DNA of 64,000 nucleotides from Eledone cirrhosa (taxonomy: Eukaryota), in assembly GCA_964016885.1 (NCBI GenBank), contig OZ024764.1:23312001-23376000 (forward strand), read 5' to 3'. Positions within the stretch are counted from its first letter, which is position 1. Each line of letters begins with the position of its first letter. The position numbers and the translations under genes were made by a program. Of this stretch, positions 23,481 through 36,338 are shown in pieces. A model generated the notes under the pieces. The model saw only the letters and a program-made list of their open reading frames with translations. It searched no databases and was not told where the DNA came from.

Positions 23481-23614
23481 TTACGTCACAAAAAAAACAT
23501 TGAAGCATGCGCAGTGGTGCAGTTGTCGACTTCCTGTCCACGTGTTAGTCTTCCTACAACATCATTTAGACAACATTTCTGTAAATACTAAACACCTGAG
23601 ACTATAATGTAAGT
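23481..23614 (+). promoter_or_regulatory. Putative core promoter and non-coding exon 1 of ZNF copy B
   Basis: TTACGTCA 23481, GCATGCGCA 23505, ACTTCCTG 23529, CACGTG 23539, Inr-like TTAGTC 23545, donor AAT|GTAAGT with GT at 23609. Confidence 0.7.
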
Positions 23615-24138
23615 ATTATGTCTATTAATATTGTAGATTTAAGCTCACTTTTCACATCACAAATATATATTTTCTTGTTTGTTTCATTACTGGAAATATA
23701 AAATGTTATCGTAATTATCTATATTTTACCTACCTCTAATTAATTAAAGTGAAAACTTTTGTTGTTGCTGAAAAATAAAACTAAATATTTAAATATTCTA
23801 AAGGTCGTTTTTATATTATGTGATGATATAATTAATATATTTTATTACAATTGTATAAATTTACAGTAGAATAACGTTGTAAATATGTTTTAAATATATA
23901 CATAAATAACATAAGTGTGTAAATAACATTATAAATTGCTGGCAATTCCTTGAGAAAGACATTACAAATATATTGTTTAAACTGTGTATAATAATATAAT
24001 TTATTGAACAATAATGATAAAGGAAAGAAAAATACAGTGGGAGATGGCAATTGACCACCAAGTGTGATAATAGGCCACATCTCACACCTTAGGGGTTAAC
24101 TACACACATTGAGGCAAGCCAACACACTGGCAGCATTA

Positions 24139-24293
24139 CTAAGGTGTTGAAATAACCAGGTACCCTCACGGGTATCACCTGACACCTTGGTAAGGTGAGT
24201 CTAAGGGGCTGAAATAACCAGGTACCCTCACGGGTATCACCTGACACCTTGGTAAGGTGAGTCTAAGGGGCTGAAATAACCAGGTACCCTCAC
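24139..24293. repeat. 62-bp tandem repeat (CTAAGG..CTGAAATAACCAGGTACCCTCACGGGTATCACCTGACACCT)
   Basis: About 2.5 units here, 4.5 at ~36868-37146, 1.5 at ~56404-56485. Confidence 0.85.
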
Positions 24294-24650
24294 GGAAACG
24301 ACTAGATTTGTAGAAAAAGTAGGGTGAAAGTATACGAAGAGATGTAGTTTCACAGATCTACTCACACCTCACGTTGGGTGGGAAATAATTATTTTTCTTA
24401 GATTTTTTTCTAGACCCCTTTTCAATATTTTCTCTGAACCCCTTAGATACTTGCAATAGACGTTTTATTCCCCAGTATTAGGGTTAGGGTTTCCGTTTTC
24501 AGGAAGAAAAGTCGATTGCAAACATCTAAGCGGTCGAGAAAAATAATAAGGAAAGATAATTATTTCCCAGCCAACTGGAGAAGTGTGTAGCTCTTCTAAA
24601 CTCTGATAATCCTGCTTCCCACTTCTTTATCTACAAATCTAGTCGTTTCC
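24294..24650. mobile_element. Fold-back palindromic MITE-like element with central TTAGGGTTAGGG
   Basis: Perfect 21-bp TIR GGAAACGACTAGATTTGTAGA / TCTACAAATCTAGTCGTTTCC, with inner arms also complementary. Copies at 37147-37485 and 56486-56845. Confidence 0.85.
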
Positions 24651-24789
24651 TGCTACTTTGAAGGCCCTATTTATTGATAACACCACTAGTAAATCTTTGT
24701 CAACTTTTCATACGTAAATTGTGAATCAGTTATTTTTAAACAAACTATCAAAGAAGTGATCTCACAGTAACTGTGTTTGATTTAATCAA

Positions 24790-24968
24790 CTTATTCCCCC
24801 CAAACATTGTCGACCTTGTGTCTAAATCAGAAACTATTATAAGATCTTAAATCAACCTCGTAAAGATGAAGGGCAAAGCTAACCTCGGCGGGATTTCAAC
24901 CCTTTATGTTATGAGTTCAAATCCCACCAAAGTTAACTCTGTCTTTCATTCTAACGGAGTGGATAAAT
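24790..24968. mobile_element. Cluster of SINE fragments, including a head-to-head inverted pair
   Basis: gatgaagggcaaagctaacctcggcgggatttcaac faces gttcaaatcccaccaaagttaactctgtctttcatt; same family as the SINE at 42847-43025. Paralog at ~37625-37840. Confidence 0.65.
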
Positions 24969-25134
24969 TTTAGGTTTATAATGTTATAGTATCATGATAG
25001 GGTAATACAGTTATTTATAGACCTGTGGTAAATGTTGGTTCAGTCCACCCTGGGGGGTGTAAGTGTTGGTTCAGTCAACCCTGAGTGGTGTCAGTGTTGG
25101 TCAATGATAACCTTTATAACTAGAGGCCTGTTGG

Positions 25135-25375
25135 TGAGGACAAGCTGAAAGTGGTGACATCTTTCTGCTACCTGTGTGACATGTCAGCTGGAAGTGGAGC
25201 CAAGTTCACTGCCATCGTGCTGTGCCACTCGACAGGTAACAAGTTTGTGACATCTGTCTGAATTGACTCTGAAGAAATGACAGAGCTATGATCCACTGGA
25301 TGTGTAGTGTGACCATTGAGGATGATGTCAGCTCAACTGAGCTCCTCAAAAAACTGCTGATCGACAACCTCAAGG
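25135..25375 (+). mobile_element. Sense RTE C-terminal fragment
   Basis: KLKVVTSFCYLCDM and RNDRAMIHWMCSV. Longer paralog at ~38570-38925. Confidence 0.7.
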
Positions 25376-27385
25376 ATGTGTTTCACAGGAGACACATGCA
25401 CTGGTATGGCCATGTTGTGCATTCTCTCTCAACTCATCTATGTTTGGTCATTGATGCACATTGACATTGCACATCCAACGGAGTATACTTGCTTCATCTC
25501 TCTCCAGCCGTTGCATATCCTCTGCAGTTGCTGTGCATGTCTCACTACCGTGCAGCATCACACATCTCACGCAGGCATCACAAGCCATTCGTTCTTAGAG
25601 AGAAACCCTTCTTTGTCAACATAGGAAGCAGCTCCCTAAACTTCTTCCAACCCGTCCTTGTTCTAGATACTATGGCCTCTGAGCACCCTCCTCCCATGCT
25701 AATTTGATCACCTAGATACCGGAAGCTATCAACCACTTCTATAGAACCTATCTGCATTTGAAAAATGTGTCTATCAATGCGACTTCTACTGTCAAATGTC
25801 CCTGTACATCTACTGCATATGTAGTTTTCCCTACCTGTTAGTTTGCCTGCTATCCCACTACATTTCTTGTGTACCCAAAATCTGCATTGTGTACATTATA
25901 GAATTTATGCCAGTTCCTTTTCTACATATTGAACAAGGCCATTTCCCTGATGGAATGACAGTTTTGTCCTCTTTTCTACTCAACACATTTGTCTTAGCTA
26001 GGTTCACTCTCAGTCCTCTTGCTTCCAACTGCTGTTTCCATAGCCAGAATTTATGCTCTAGCTCCTCTACTGATTCTGCTATAAGAACCACATCGTCAGC
26101 CTAGAGAAGTTCCCATGGACAGCCAGTCTTAAACTCCTCTTTTATGGCTTGGAGGCCTATAATGAACAAGGGCGGGCTGAGGACCGACCCTGATGTACTC
26201 CTACTTGTATCTGGAATTCCTTATTAAACTCCATTCCTACCCTCACTTTACTGACACCACCTCTGTACATAGCTTGCATTGTCCTCACAAACTATTCCTC
26301 TACACCTAGTTTCCTTAGGGACCACCAGATGACAGATTGGGGTACTCTATCTAAGGCCTTGTCTAGGTGAACAAAAGCTAAGTATAGTGGTTTTCTTCTC
26401 TAAGAACCTCTCTAGTAGTTGTCTCACTAAGAAGAGGGCATCTGTTTGACCCTTTCTCTAAGTTGCGCTAGTATTCTTTCTGTCACTTTCATAACCTGAT
26501 CCATCAGTTTTATGCCCCTATAATTACTCCTCTCCAGAACATCCCCTTTACCTTTACCTCAATTTATGAGAATACTGCTGCACCAATCTTTGGGTATGAC
26601 ACCACCATATATAGCTTGATTAATGATGCATGCAACCACTTTACTTCCTACATCCCCTGATGCCTTTTGCATCTCAGCAACTATCCCCAACAGTTCAGCA
26701 GACCTCCATTTTTCCTTTCCTTAATTACCAACTTGGACCCTATAGTCGTCAATCTCAAATGCTGGTCCTTCTGTCGGGTCTACTGAAGGTAGTTTCTCTC
26801 CTATTCATTCTCCACATTCATCAGTCTCTCATAATGACATTTCCAGGCCTTCTTTTTCAGCCTCCCTGCATGCTAAGTAGACCTGACATCTAGCTTCTCT
26901 CTTAGTGGCTGTGTATCGGTCTCTACCCCTACAATTTTTCCAAACATTCCATACTAGTCTTTTGTCTCTAATGGCTATATCTACCGTGCTGTTCCACCAT
27001 CAGGTCACCCTCTTTGTGGTTGGAGCTCTGCTCCAGCGACAAGTTTTATGAGTAACCTGCAGTTATCATCTATGTTATACAACGCTAAAACGTCTTCTTT
27101 TTCGTCATACACATCTTGAAGGGTTTGCCTCAATTTATATTTTAGTGAAAGGTCTTTTAGTTTCTTGACCTTCCTTTTCACACCTTCTTGTATGTCTCAT
27201 TTTGTCTCTTGCTTACTGAGATGTCACTAACGACTAACCTATGTCGGGGGGTTACATTGTTCCCTGGGGTATGCCTTAGTATTTGACACCATCTATCTGT
27301 CTTACTCCCTAACTAGCAAGAAGTCAATCTGTCTCATGTGCTCACCTGATTGGTAGGTTATTAGGTGGTTGGTAGGTTTATTATA
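25376..27385 (-). mobile_element. Degenerate antisense RTE LINE (intron of copy B)
   Basis: Paralog of 10920-12760 that retains the MLHGSET / WMCNVNV region. Confidence 0.9.
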
Positions 27386-28407
27386 ACTAGGTCTCTGTCA
27401 TTGTGGTTATCTCTACTTATTCCTTTTCTACATATGGAGCAGGGCCACTTTCCTGAAGGGGTCAGGGTCTTCTCTCCTATCCATTAGCACTTTAGTTTTG
27501 GCTAAGTATATTCTCAGAACTTACCATTTCAAATTCTATATCTATAGCTGGTCATCTACATAGAGAAGTTTCCATAGACAGCCAGTCTTAAACCTCTCTG
27601 TTATGGCTTGGAGAACTATGATGAACAACAGTGGGCTAAGAACTAAACCATGATGAACTCCTACCTGTACCTTCAATTCCTCACTAAACACACTTTACTG
27701 ACAGCTTCTCAGAAGCCATTCTTCTACACCTAATTTCTTTAACCCTTTAGTATATAAACTGGCCATATCTGGCCAGAATTCTCTCACATCTTTCTGTTCA
27801 AACTGGCCGTAACTGGTCACTTATACTTATGTTAAGGTATTGTTCTCAAAATAAATAACATGAAAATCTCATAGATTTGATATTATGTGAGATAAAGCAT
27901 TTACTGTGAAAATATAATAGTAAATATAGAGTAATGTGAATACTAAAGGGTTAATCTAATGTCACTAATAACTACTTTTATCAGTCAGTTTAATCTAATC
28001 TCACTAATAACTATTTTTATCAGTCAGTTTAATCTACTGCCACTAATAACTAACCTATGTTAGTCAGCACATTCTTCACCAAAGAAGGCCTTAGTATTTA
28101 TTACAGTCCATTTATCAATATAGAAATATTATATGAAATTTGTACTGATGTATTACAAGTTTCTGAGTATCTTATAATGTTCTTTTATTATTTCAGAATA
28201 CCAGAGGACATTGGTATTAAAGAGCACGTTACATCAGACATATCCTCAACATTAACCATTTCTAATGAAAGACACTACCCATCATTTTCAAATAATATTG
28301 AAAACACTCAACACTTTGAAGTGATTTAGTAATATAACTAAATTTCTCAGTATTAAGCTGTGAATTATGTGAGAAACTGAGGTGATTGATATCTTTTAGT
28401 AGGAGAT

Positions 28408-30111
28408 ATGTCGAAAAATATCGTAAAATCACCATTCCACTGTGATATCTGTGGTAAATCATTCTCTCGTAGTAATCACCTCACTACTCACAAACGTATT
28501 CATACAGGAGAGAAGCCATATCACTGTGATATCTGTGGTAAATCATTCAGTCGCAGTAATACCTTAACTAATCACAAACATATTCATACAGGAGAGAAAC
28601 CATATCACTGTGATATCTGTGGTAAAACGTTCTCTAAAAATAATAACCTAACTACTCACAAACGTATTCATACAGGAGAGAACCCATATCATTGTGATAT
28701 CTGTGGTAAATCATTCACTTGTAGTCATCACCTAACTACTCACAAACGTATTCATACAGGAGAGAAGCCATATCAATGTGATATCTGTGATAAATCATTC
28801 AGTGACAGTAGTAGCTTCAGAGTTCACAAACAAATTCATACAGGAGAGAAGCCACATCACTGTGACATCTGTGGTAAATCATTTAGTCACAGAAATACCT
28901 TAACTAGCCACAAACGTATTCATACAGGAGAGAAACCATATCACTGTGATATCTGTAGTAAATCATTCTCTGGCAGAAGTGGCTTCCTTAAACACCAACG
29001 TATTCATACAGGAGAGAAGCCTTATCACTGTGACATCTGTGGTAAATCATTCTCTCAGAGTAATCACCTAACTACTCACAAAAATATTCATACAGGAGAG
29101 AAACCATATCACTGTGACATCTGTAGTAAATCATTCTCTGACAAAAGTAACTTTGTTAAACACCAACATATTCATACAGGAGAGAAGCCATATCAGTGTG
29201 ATATCTGTGACAAATCATTCAGTCACAGTAGTAGCGTCAGAGTTCACATACGTATTCATACAGGAGAGAAGACATATCACTGTGACATCTGTGGTAAATC
29301 ATTCTCTCAAAGTAATCACCTAACTACTCACAAACGTATTCATACAGGAGAGAAGCCATATCACTGTGATATCTGTGGTAAAACGTTCTCTAATAATAAT
29401 AACCTAACTACTCACAAACGTATTCATACAGGAGAGAAACCATATCACTGTGATATCTGTGGTAAATCATTCTCTAAAAATAGTAACCTAACTACTCACA
29501 AACGTATTCATACAGGAGAGAAACCATATCACTGTGATATCTGTGGTAAAACGTTCTCTAAAAACAATAACCTAAATACTCACAAACGTATTCATACAGG
29601 AGAGAACCTATATCATTGTGATATCTGTGGTAAATCATTCACTTGTAGTCAGCACCTAACTACTCACAAACTTATTCATACAGGAGAGAAGCCATATCAA
29701 TGTGATATCTGTGATAAATCATTCAGTGACAGTAGTAGCTTCAGAGTTCACAAACAAATTCATACAGGAGAGAAGCCACATCACTGTGACATCTGTGGTA
29801 AATCATTCAGTCACAGAAATACCTTAACTACCCACCAACGTATTCATACAGGAGAGGAACCATATCACTGTGATATCTGTGGTAAATCATTCTCTGACAG
29901 AAGTAGCTTCGTTAAACACCAACGTATTCATACAGGAGAGCAGCCATATCACTGTGATATCTGTGGTAAATCATTCTCTCGTTGTGATAACCTAACTACT
30001 CACAAACGTATTCATACAGGAGAGAAGCCATATCACTGTGACATCTGTGGTAAATCATTCTCTCAAAGTGCTAACTTAACCAAGCATGTGCGTATTCATA
30101 CAGAAGTTTAG
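28408..30111 (+). CDS. C2H2 zinc-finger protein, 567 aa, 20 fingers (copy B)
   Basis: Uninterrupted 84-bp finger array with all Cys/His ligands intact. Confidence 0.95.
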   Translation: MSKNIVKSPFHCDICGKSFSRSNHLTTHKRIHTGEKPYHCDICGKSFSRSNTLTNHKHIHTGEKPYHCDICGKTFSKNNNLTTHKRIHTGENPYHCDICGKSFTCSHHLTTHKRIHTGEKPYQCDICDKSFSDSSSFRVHKQIHTGEKPHHCDICGKSFSHRNTLTSHKRIHTGEKPYHCDICSKSFSGRSGFLKHQRIHTGEKPYHCDICGKSFSQSNHLTTHKNIHTGEKPYHCDICSKSFSDKSNFVKHQHIHTGEKPYQCDICDKSFSHSSSVRVHIRIHTGEKTYHCDICGKSFSQSNHLTTHKRIHTGEKPYHCDICGKTFSNNNNLTTHKRIHTGEKPYHCDICGKSFSKNSNLTTHKRIHTGEKPYHCDICGKTFSKNNNLNTHKRIHTGENLYHCDICGKSFTCSQHLTTHKLIHTGEKPYQCDICDKSFSDSSSFRVHKQIHTGEKPHHCDICGKSFSHRNTLTTHQRIHTGEEPYHCDICGKSFSDRSSFVKHQRIHTGEQPYHCDICGKSFSRCDNLTTHKRIHTGEKPYHCDICGKSFSQSANLTKHVRIHTEV

Positions 30112-33100
30112 CTGTGTCAATATCAAACTCATTACATCATACTACAACAAATGTGTAGATCCATCATCCTTGCTAAAACTGGGGTTAACCTTGTAGGTTT
30201 TACCTAGGACAGGGATCATAAACACCAGGTTTCTATTTTTGAAGTAGTGTTTGAAGATTTTGTGTAAATTAAAGTTTTTCACATTAAACTTTGATTTATT
30301 ATACTTTAACAGGTAAGATATATGTTTGTATTTTTAGTAAAGGTTGGGAACTTCTGTAATTTAAACCTGCCAATAAAATGAAAACTTTTGTTGTTGTTAG
30401 TCAGACATTGATATTAATTCTATTGTCCTGTACATTGTCTCACATATCACAGATTAAACAGATTTTAACAATAACAACAGAAATCAATAACTTGTAAGCC
30501 TAATATCTAGCTTCCATTTTAACTATTTGATATTGTTGTTCCCCTCCTGTCTCTTCAGGTCTTTTAGATTTCAACTTCTATCTACTGTACTATTCCATCA
30601 CCAAGGCAACATTCATCTGGCTGGCAGCTTACATCAACTACAGATCTCCAACCCTTCTATCTCCAGATAGTCTTGTATCTGTCAGTCCCTCTAGATCTTA
30701 CACCTAGTATCTAGTCTATGTTGAGTGGTACGTCCTTCTCCAGTAAAGGAGTTAATATTCCCAACCATCTGTCTATCCTGTTTTCTGATGAGAATGAAGT
30801 CAATCTAGTTTATCTCTTTACCTGATTGAAGTAACTAGATGTTTTCCTGTAGTTAGTGTTGCAGTGTTTGTGTCACCATGTAAGGTTTATATCTATTAAT
30901 ATAGAGATGTAGTAAAGTTTTCACTGTTGTATCTCTACTTTCTAAATATCTTAATAATGTTTCTCTACTATTTCAGAATATCACATGACCTTGACAGAAA
31001 AGAGTCTTTTAAAGACAACAGAAAGATGTTACATACAAGTGATATAAACTTGTTTAGTCTGTGGTGAATTATGGTGAAATATTTCTTCTGAATTGAGATA
31101 AATAACAACATTTTCCTTTTTCACTGTCTGGAATATTTACAAGATGATTTTACATTCTGATTAAACTTTAGATATTTACAAAGGAGTTTTCAAAGTATTT
31201 GGATATTGACAAAGATCACATTTGGTAAAATTATGAACAATAGAAATATTTACATCTACATAGGAATGTTTTCCAGAAGAGATGGGAAAATCATTATACC
31301 ACTGTAATATTTGTGGTAAAGTATTCTCTATTCTTTATATGTAGAACATCTAACTAAACACTTTAACTAACAAACTATTGTGCTATAGAATTGACAAACT
31401 TGAGGAATGTTTAATAAATGTTACAGATTTCTCCAAACTGTCGTTTACTAACTTTAGTTTGTAGCTATATTATCTATATACTACTAAAACTCTGTGATTG
31501 TGTCTTGTCTGTAATTTAATACAGCTAAAACAGTGCATAATGGGGAAATACTTTGAAAAGAATAAAACAAGTTTTGTATAAATTGGAGCACAGGTTCCCA
31601 AGATACGGGGTTTTCTGGGTACCTTCATAAATATAGGGAGAGAAAGAGATAGTGGTTGTGAGAGTGTGGATTGAAAAGGAGAGATAGAAGGAGATGGATG
31701 GAAAGGGGAAGAGAGAGAGAGCTGGTGGTATATGTGTCTATATATATATATGTCTATATTTTAACTATTTGAAAATTATTTTTAAGTGAACATGATTTAA
31801 AAATAATAGTTTTAAGGGAACGTGACCCAACAGGTCCCGGGTGGTCTAGTTTGTTACCAAATACTAGATATTAGAGGGTCATGTTGTTCTAGATGTGCTG
31901 GAAGAGCCATTCCATCTCGTGAGGCTCACACCAGCAGCTAGCCACCTCAGCACCTATGGTGGTATATTTATTATATTATTTATTCTTTATCATTAACATT
32001 AATATAAAAGATAATTATATATTTTTAGAGAAGAACCTTTTTGTTGTGACACCTACAGAACCACTTTACAGTGTAGACTGGGTACTTTTTGTTGACACCT
32101 ACATGACCACTTTACAGTTTGCACTGGCTGCTTTTTGTCGTGACACCTACAAGACCACTTTACAGTGTGGGCTGGGTACTTTTTGTCGTAACATCTACAT
32201 GACCACCTTATAATGTTGACTGTGTTCTTTACAGTGTGGGTTGGGTGCTTTTTGTCATATCTCCTACATGACCACCTCATAATGTTGACTGTGTGTTCTT
32301 TGCAGTGTGGGCTGGTTTCTTTTTGTCATATCACCTACATGACCACCTTATAATGTTGGCTGTGTGTTCTCTACAGTGTGGGTTGGGTGCTTTTTGTCAT
32401 ATCTCCTACCCAACCACTTTGCAGTGTGGGCAGTGAAATATCAGTAATGCACCAGCTCCAATATTCAGTAATCAGAAGAAGGGAGGTAGGCATAAAAGCC
32501 AAACTTGCTGTCTTCAATTAGGTTTTTGTGCCAACCCTTACCTATGATCACATATCTTGGGTAATGACCAAAAGAATATGATTGGGAATACAAGTGGCAG
32601 ATATGGGATTCCTCTAAAGGGTCTTTGAAGGAACTTTTCTCAATAAAGTGCATAGCTCTGAGATCAGAGAGTCACTCCAGGTGGAGCTGTTACTTCTCCG
32701 AATTGAGAGATCACAGCTGCAATACTATGGCCATGTGGTTAGAATGTCTGAGGAAAGAATCACTGGATAGATTTTACAGGCAAAACTAACCGGCAGGAGA
32801 CCCAGGGGTAGACCTGAGCAAGATGGTCACATAATATCCATGAGCTTGGCTGGTCTCTCTGGGAGATCCAGCCAGATCAGTTGGAGTGGGTTGCTTCTGA
32901 CAGGACCTGTTGGAGGGAGTGTTTGAGGACTCTGCCCCCAAGACCCTCTCTGGAATAAGTGGGTTAATAAGAAGAGGTTGAGGTTACATCATCAACATCA
33001 GATTTCCCTGCTAGCAAGGGTTTAATGAGTCTACTTCAACCAAGTATGTACTGAAGTGAGGCTACTGATCTCCCAGACAGACCAAGGATCTGAGATTTAC

Positions 33101-33194
33101 ATAAGGTCTCATTTGCTACTGAGTGCACAGAAAAGGTTGTCATGATTGAAGGATTCTCCAACACTATTGTCGGGTAAGCTTTCTATGGCTAGAT

Positions 33195-34574
33195 GCAGTA
33201 ATATCCACAACAAAAGCCAGATGTTGGAGCCAACTTTCATCTTTTATTTCACCTGTGTTTTGACCTTTCATCTGCCAAAACATAATTATTTCAACAAATA
33301 GAATCTTTTCAGCACTTTGTCACATGTCAACCAGCAGACTTCTGTGTAGAATGGAACATCGGTGAACTGATTATCCATATCTTCCAACAACTGGCTGAAC
33401 TGACGGTGGTTGAGAGCACGGCCTCTGATTTAGTTCACTGTCTTTGTGACCAAGCTAAGCACATGATGCAATTTTAAAATCTTTGAACATAAATTTTGCT
33501 TATGAATAATACAGTGAAAATGTGCAAATGATGAATCTAGATATGAGTTTTCTATTTTTGTTTGTAACTTGGCAGCAACACCATTATGTCTACCAACCAT
33601 ATTTGCAGCACTGTCAGTAGATAAACATGCAAGTTTACTCAGATCAAAACCATGCAGACCCTGCTTGACCTTCTCAAAGATGTCCTGGCTCGTTATAGTG
33701 TCATGGGGACCAGTTCAATCAGTTCTTCATAAATATTAAATTCACTGTCACAGGCCCTGATGAAGAATGCAAGCTGTACTATTCCAGTGATGTCAACAGT
33801 CTCTTCAATAGTAATAGAAACATGTTCAAACCTTGATGATACAGCCTTTAACTGTTGTTTCAGATCACCTGACATTTCATTAATCTGTTCAGCAACAGTG
33901 TTACTGGTTAATGAAATGTCTTTGAATAACTCTGCTTTCTCTGGACAATTTCAGCTGTTTTTACAAGACATTGCTTTACAAAATCTCCTTCACTGTAAGA
34001 TTTCCCACTCATGGCAATCATTTGACTGAGTTCATAGCTTGCAGTTACGGAAGTGACATTCTCTTCCTGAATTAACATAAAACAGGTCTGTTGCTGTGTC
34101 AAGTTAGACTTCAATTCCTTCAGTCTTGAAACACACATTAGGCCTTCATATTTATCGTAAGATCGAGGGTTTGTTTCATAATGTCTTTTTAAATTGTACT
34201 CTTTTGGCGTGGCGATGTAGTTGTTGCAAATGAAACAGTGTATCTTTCTGTTCACCATTGGGCAAAAATACTGTAATTCCCACTTTTCTTGAAACACTTG
34301 CCCTTCTTCGTTCAATTTCCTTTTTATCTTAGCTGGAGGAGCACTAACCATTTCAAAAACAAAAACTTTTGAAATTTTGAAAGAAAGTTTTCTGTTAATG
34401 AGCTGCACGTGATTAATGGAAGTTAAAAGTAGTTGACAAAAATTGCACAAAAAAAACAATCGTATCGAAAAATTTTTAAATTTTATATTAAGAAAATGAA
34501 ACATGCTCGCACTGTAAAAACCTTTGTGTGGGCCGCAGGTTTGCTTGCAAAGGGCCGCATGTTTGATGTGTCTG
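33195..34574 (-). mobile_element. hAT transposon, truncated copy
   Basis: Matches ~20100-21481; left part lost at ggctagatg|cagtaatatcc. Confidence 0.9.
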
Positions 34575-36205
34575 ATGTGGGTTACCAACACTAGGGAGGG
34601 CAGCATGTCCTTCAATGTCTTCTGCTACATTAACTACCAGGAGGTCACCACATGACACAAAGACATTTCAAAGAAGGGTCACAAAAGAACTAAATACAAA
34701 AGTACCCACAATTCAGCAAAAAGCAAATAATTGAGCTTTGGGTCTAGGTTAATGGGGCAGAAGTGCTGCGCCCTGTGGATAAGACTACAAAAGTATCCCC
34801 CCCCCCCCTGGACGATGGACAGTTACACCCACTGCAACAGCCACCCCAACCTCATGGGGCTCCCTCTTCAGAAAAGCCACCAACGTTCTGATCTTACAGA
34901 GGAGCTTGGCAGTACGGGGTCCAAGTACTTCTGAGGTCTCGATGGTGACCGGTGTGAAGAGACCTACAATTGATGTCATCCCAGTTACGTAGGACTGTAA
35001 TATACTGGGGTATAGAGAGGCCTTAACCTGTCACAGCCGGGCCACCCAGGGTTGTGTCATCTAGGTACCAGACAGGGGTGACTAGACCATGTTGTCAACT
35101 GTCAGCACCAATAGGAGTGAGGCGAGTGGGTCCCCTTGCTAGACACCATATATAAAAACGTATTTGCTAATTACTTTAGTGAATAATTTGTTTCATACGT
35201 AATTATTACTTTTAACACAATAGGATTTTGTACACGTGTTTGTTTGAAAACATCTTTCAAAGAAGTATGAGACAGTCTTTTGTAGTGTTTATTATAATAA
35301 ATTACTGTATGTTGAGCTGTTTTAACTTCTCCACCTTCTATTATTTTATATTGTTTTTGTAAAAAAACGAGATCTTTTTCATATATATATATGAAGGCGT
35401 GTGGCTGAGTGGTTAGAGAATTGGGTTCGGAATTGTGAGGTTGTGAGTTCGATTCTCAGACTGGGCGATGCGTTATGTCCTTGAGCAAGACATTTTATTT
35501 CACGTTGCTCCTTCTACCTGGAATTGCGACCGATAGATAGTATTAGCAATTGGAAAGACCAATGGAAACATTGTTTCCTCGGTCCGATTTGACGAAAAGT
35601 CGATCATAAAAAATATATATAGAGAGAGAGAGAGAGAAACACACTAACATACACTACTGTATTAAATATGTAAGGGGAGACAACTCTCGTTACATCCACC
35701 CTTCTTTTTGATATACGTCCTTTAAATACTTTGTTCAATGGAACCTGCTTTATTTTGTGTCCTAAGTAGATTTCTGTTTAAGTATTTACGCGATTCACAA
35801 TGATTCACGTAGAGACCCCAGTTAGTGATGTTTTCGTCTCCCTCCCACATCCTACATGCTGTAGTAAAAGTGAGGGTCACTGTTTCTGTAGACGAACGAA
35901 ATAAAAGTTAAACTACCAGTAATTATCGGCAAAGTATTTATTCCAGTCTGTGATGTGTGAGAAGCTGGGCTGCTGACAACGAAGTTGTTGTCACTGTTGG
36001 CGGCTAGCTTTACCGAAGTACCCGATGACTCTTGTGAGGGTTCTTAGCTGTTCTGGCGGTTTAGCCCCCATATGACCCGATCTTACCGAAGTACCCGGTG
36101 ATCTCTGTAAGAGTACTTAGCTGTTCTATTTTAATTACATTTATTGATTTAAACTTTCATTTTTTCTATTACAAACTTTACATAATTTAATTCCGTAAAA
36201 ATATC

Positions 36206-36338
36206 TTACGTCACAAAAAAACATTGAAGCATGCGCAGTGGTGCAGTTGTCGACTTCCTGTCCACGTGTCAGTCTTCCTACAACATCATTTAGAAAACAT
36301 TTCTGTAAATACTAAACACCTGAGACTATAATGTAAGT
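36206..36338 (+). promoter_or_regulatory. Putative promoter and exon 1 of ZNF copy C
   Basis: Same motif string as 23481, with a canonical Inr TCAGTC at 36269 and donor GT at 36333. Confidence 0.7.

Noticed and set aside
24477-24491. Interstitial telomere
   Set aside because: Only two TTAGGG units, at the centre of a palindromic element.
28399-28410. AGGAG just before the ZNF ATG as a Shine-Dalgarno site
   Set aside because: Eukaryotic spliced gene and only 2-3 nt spacing; coincidental.
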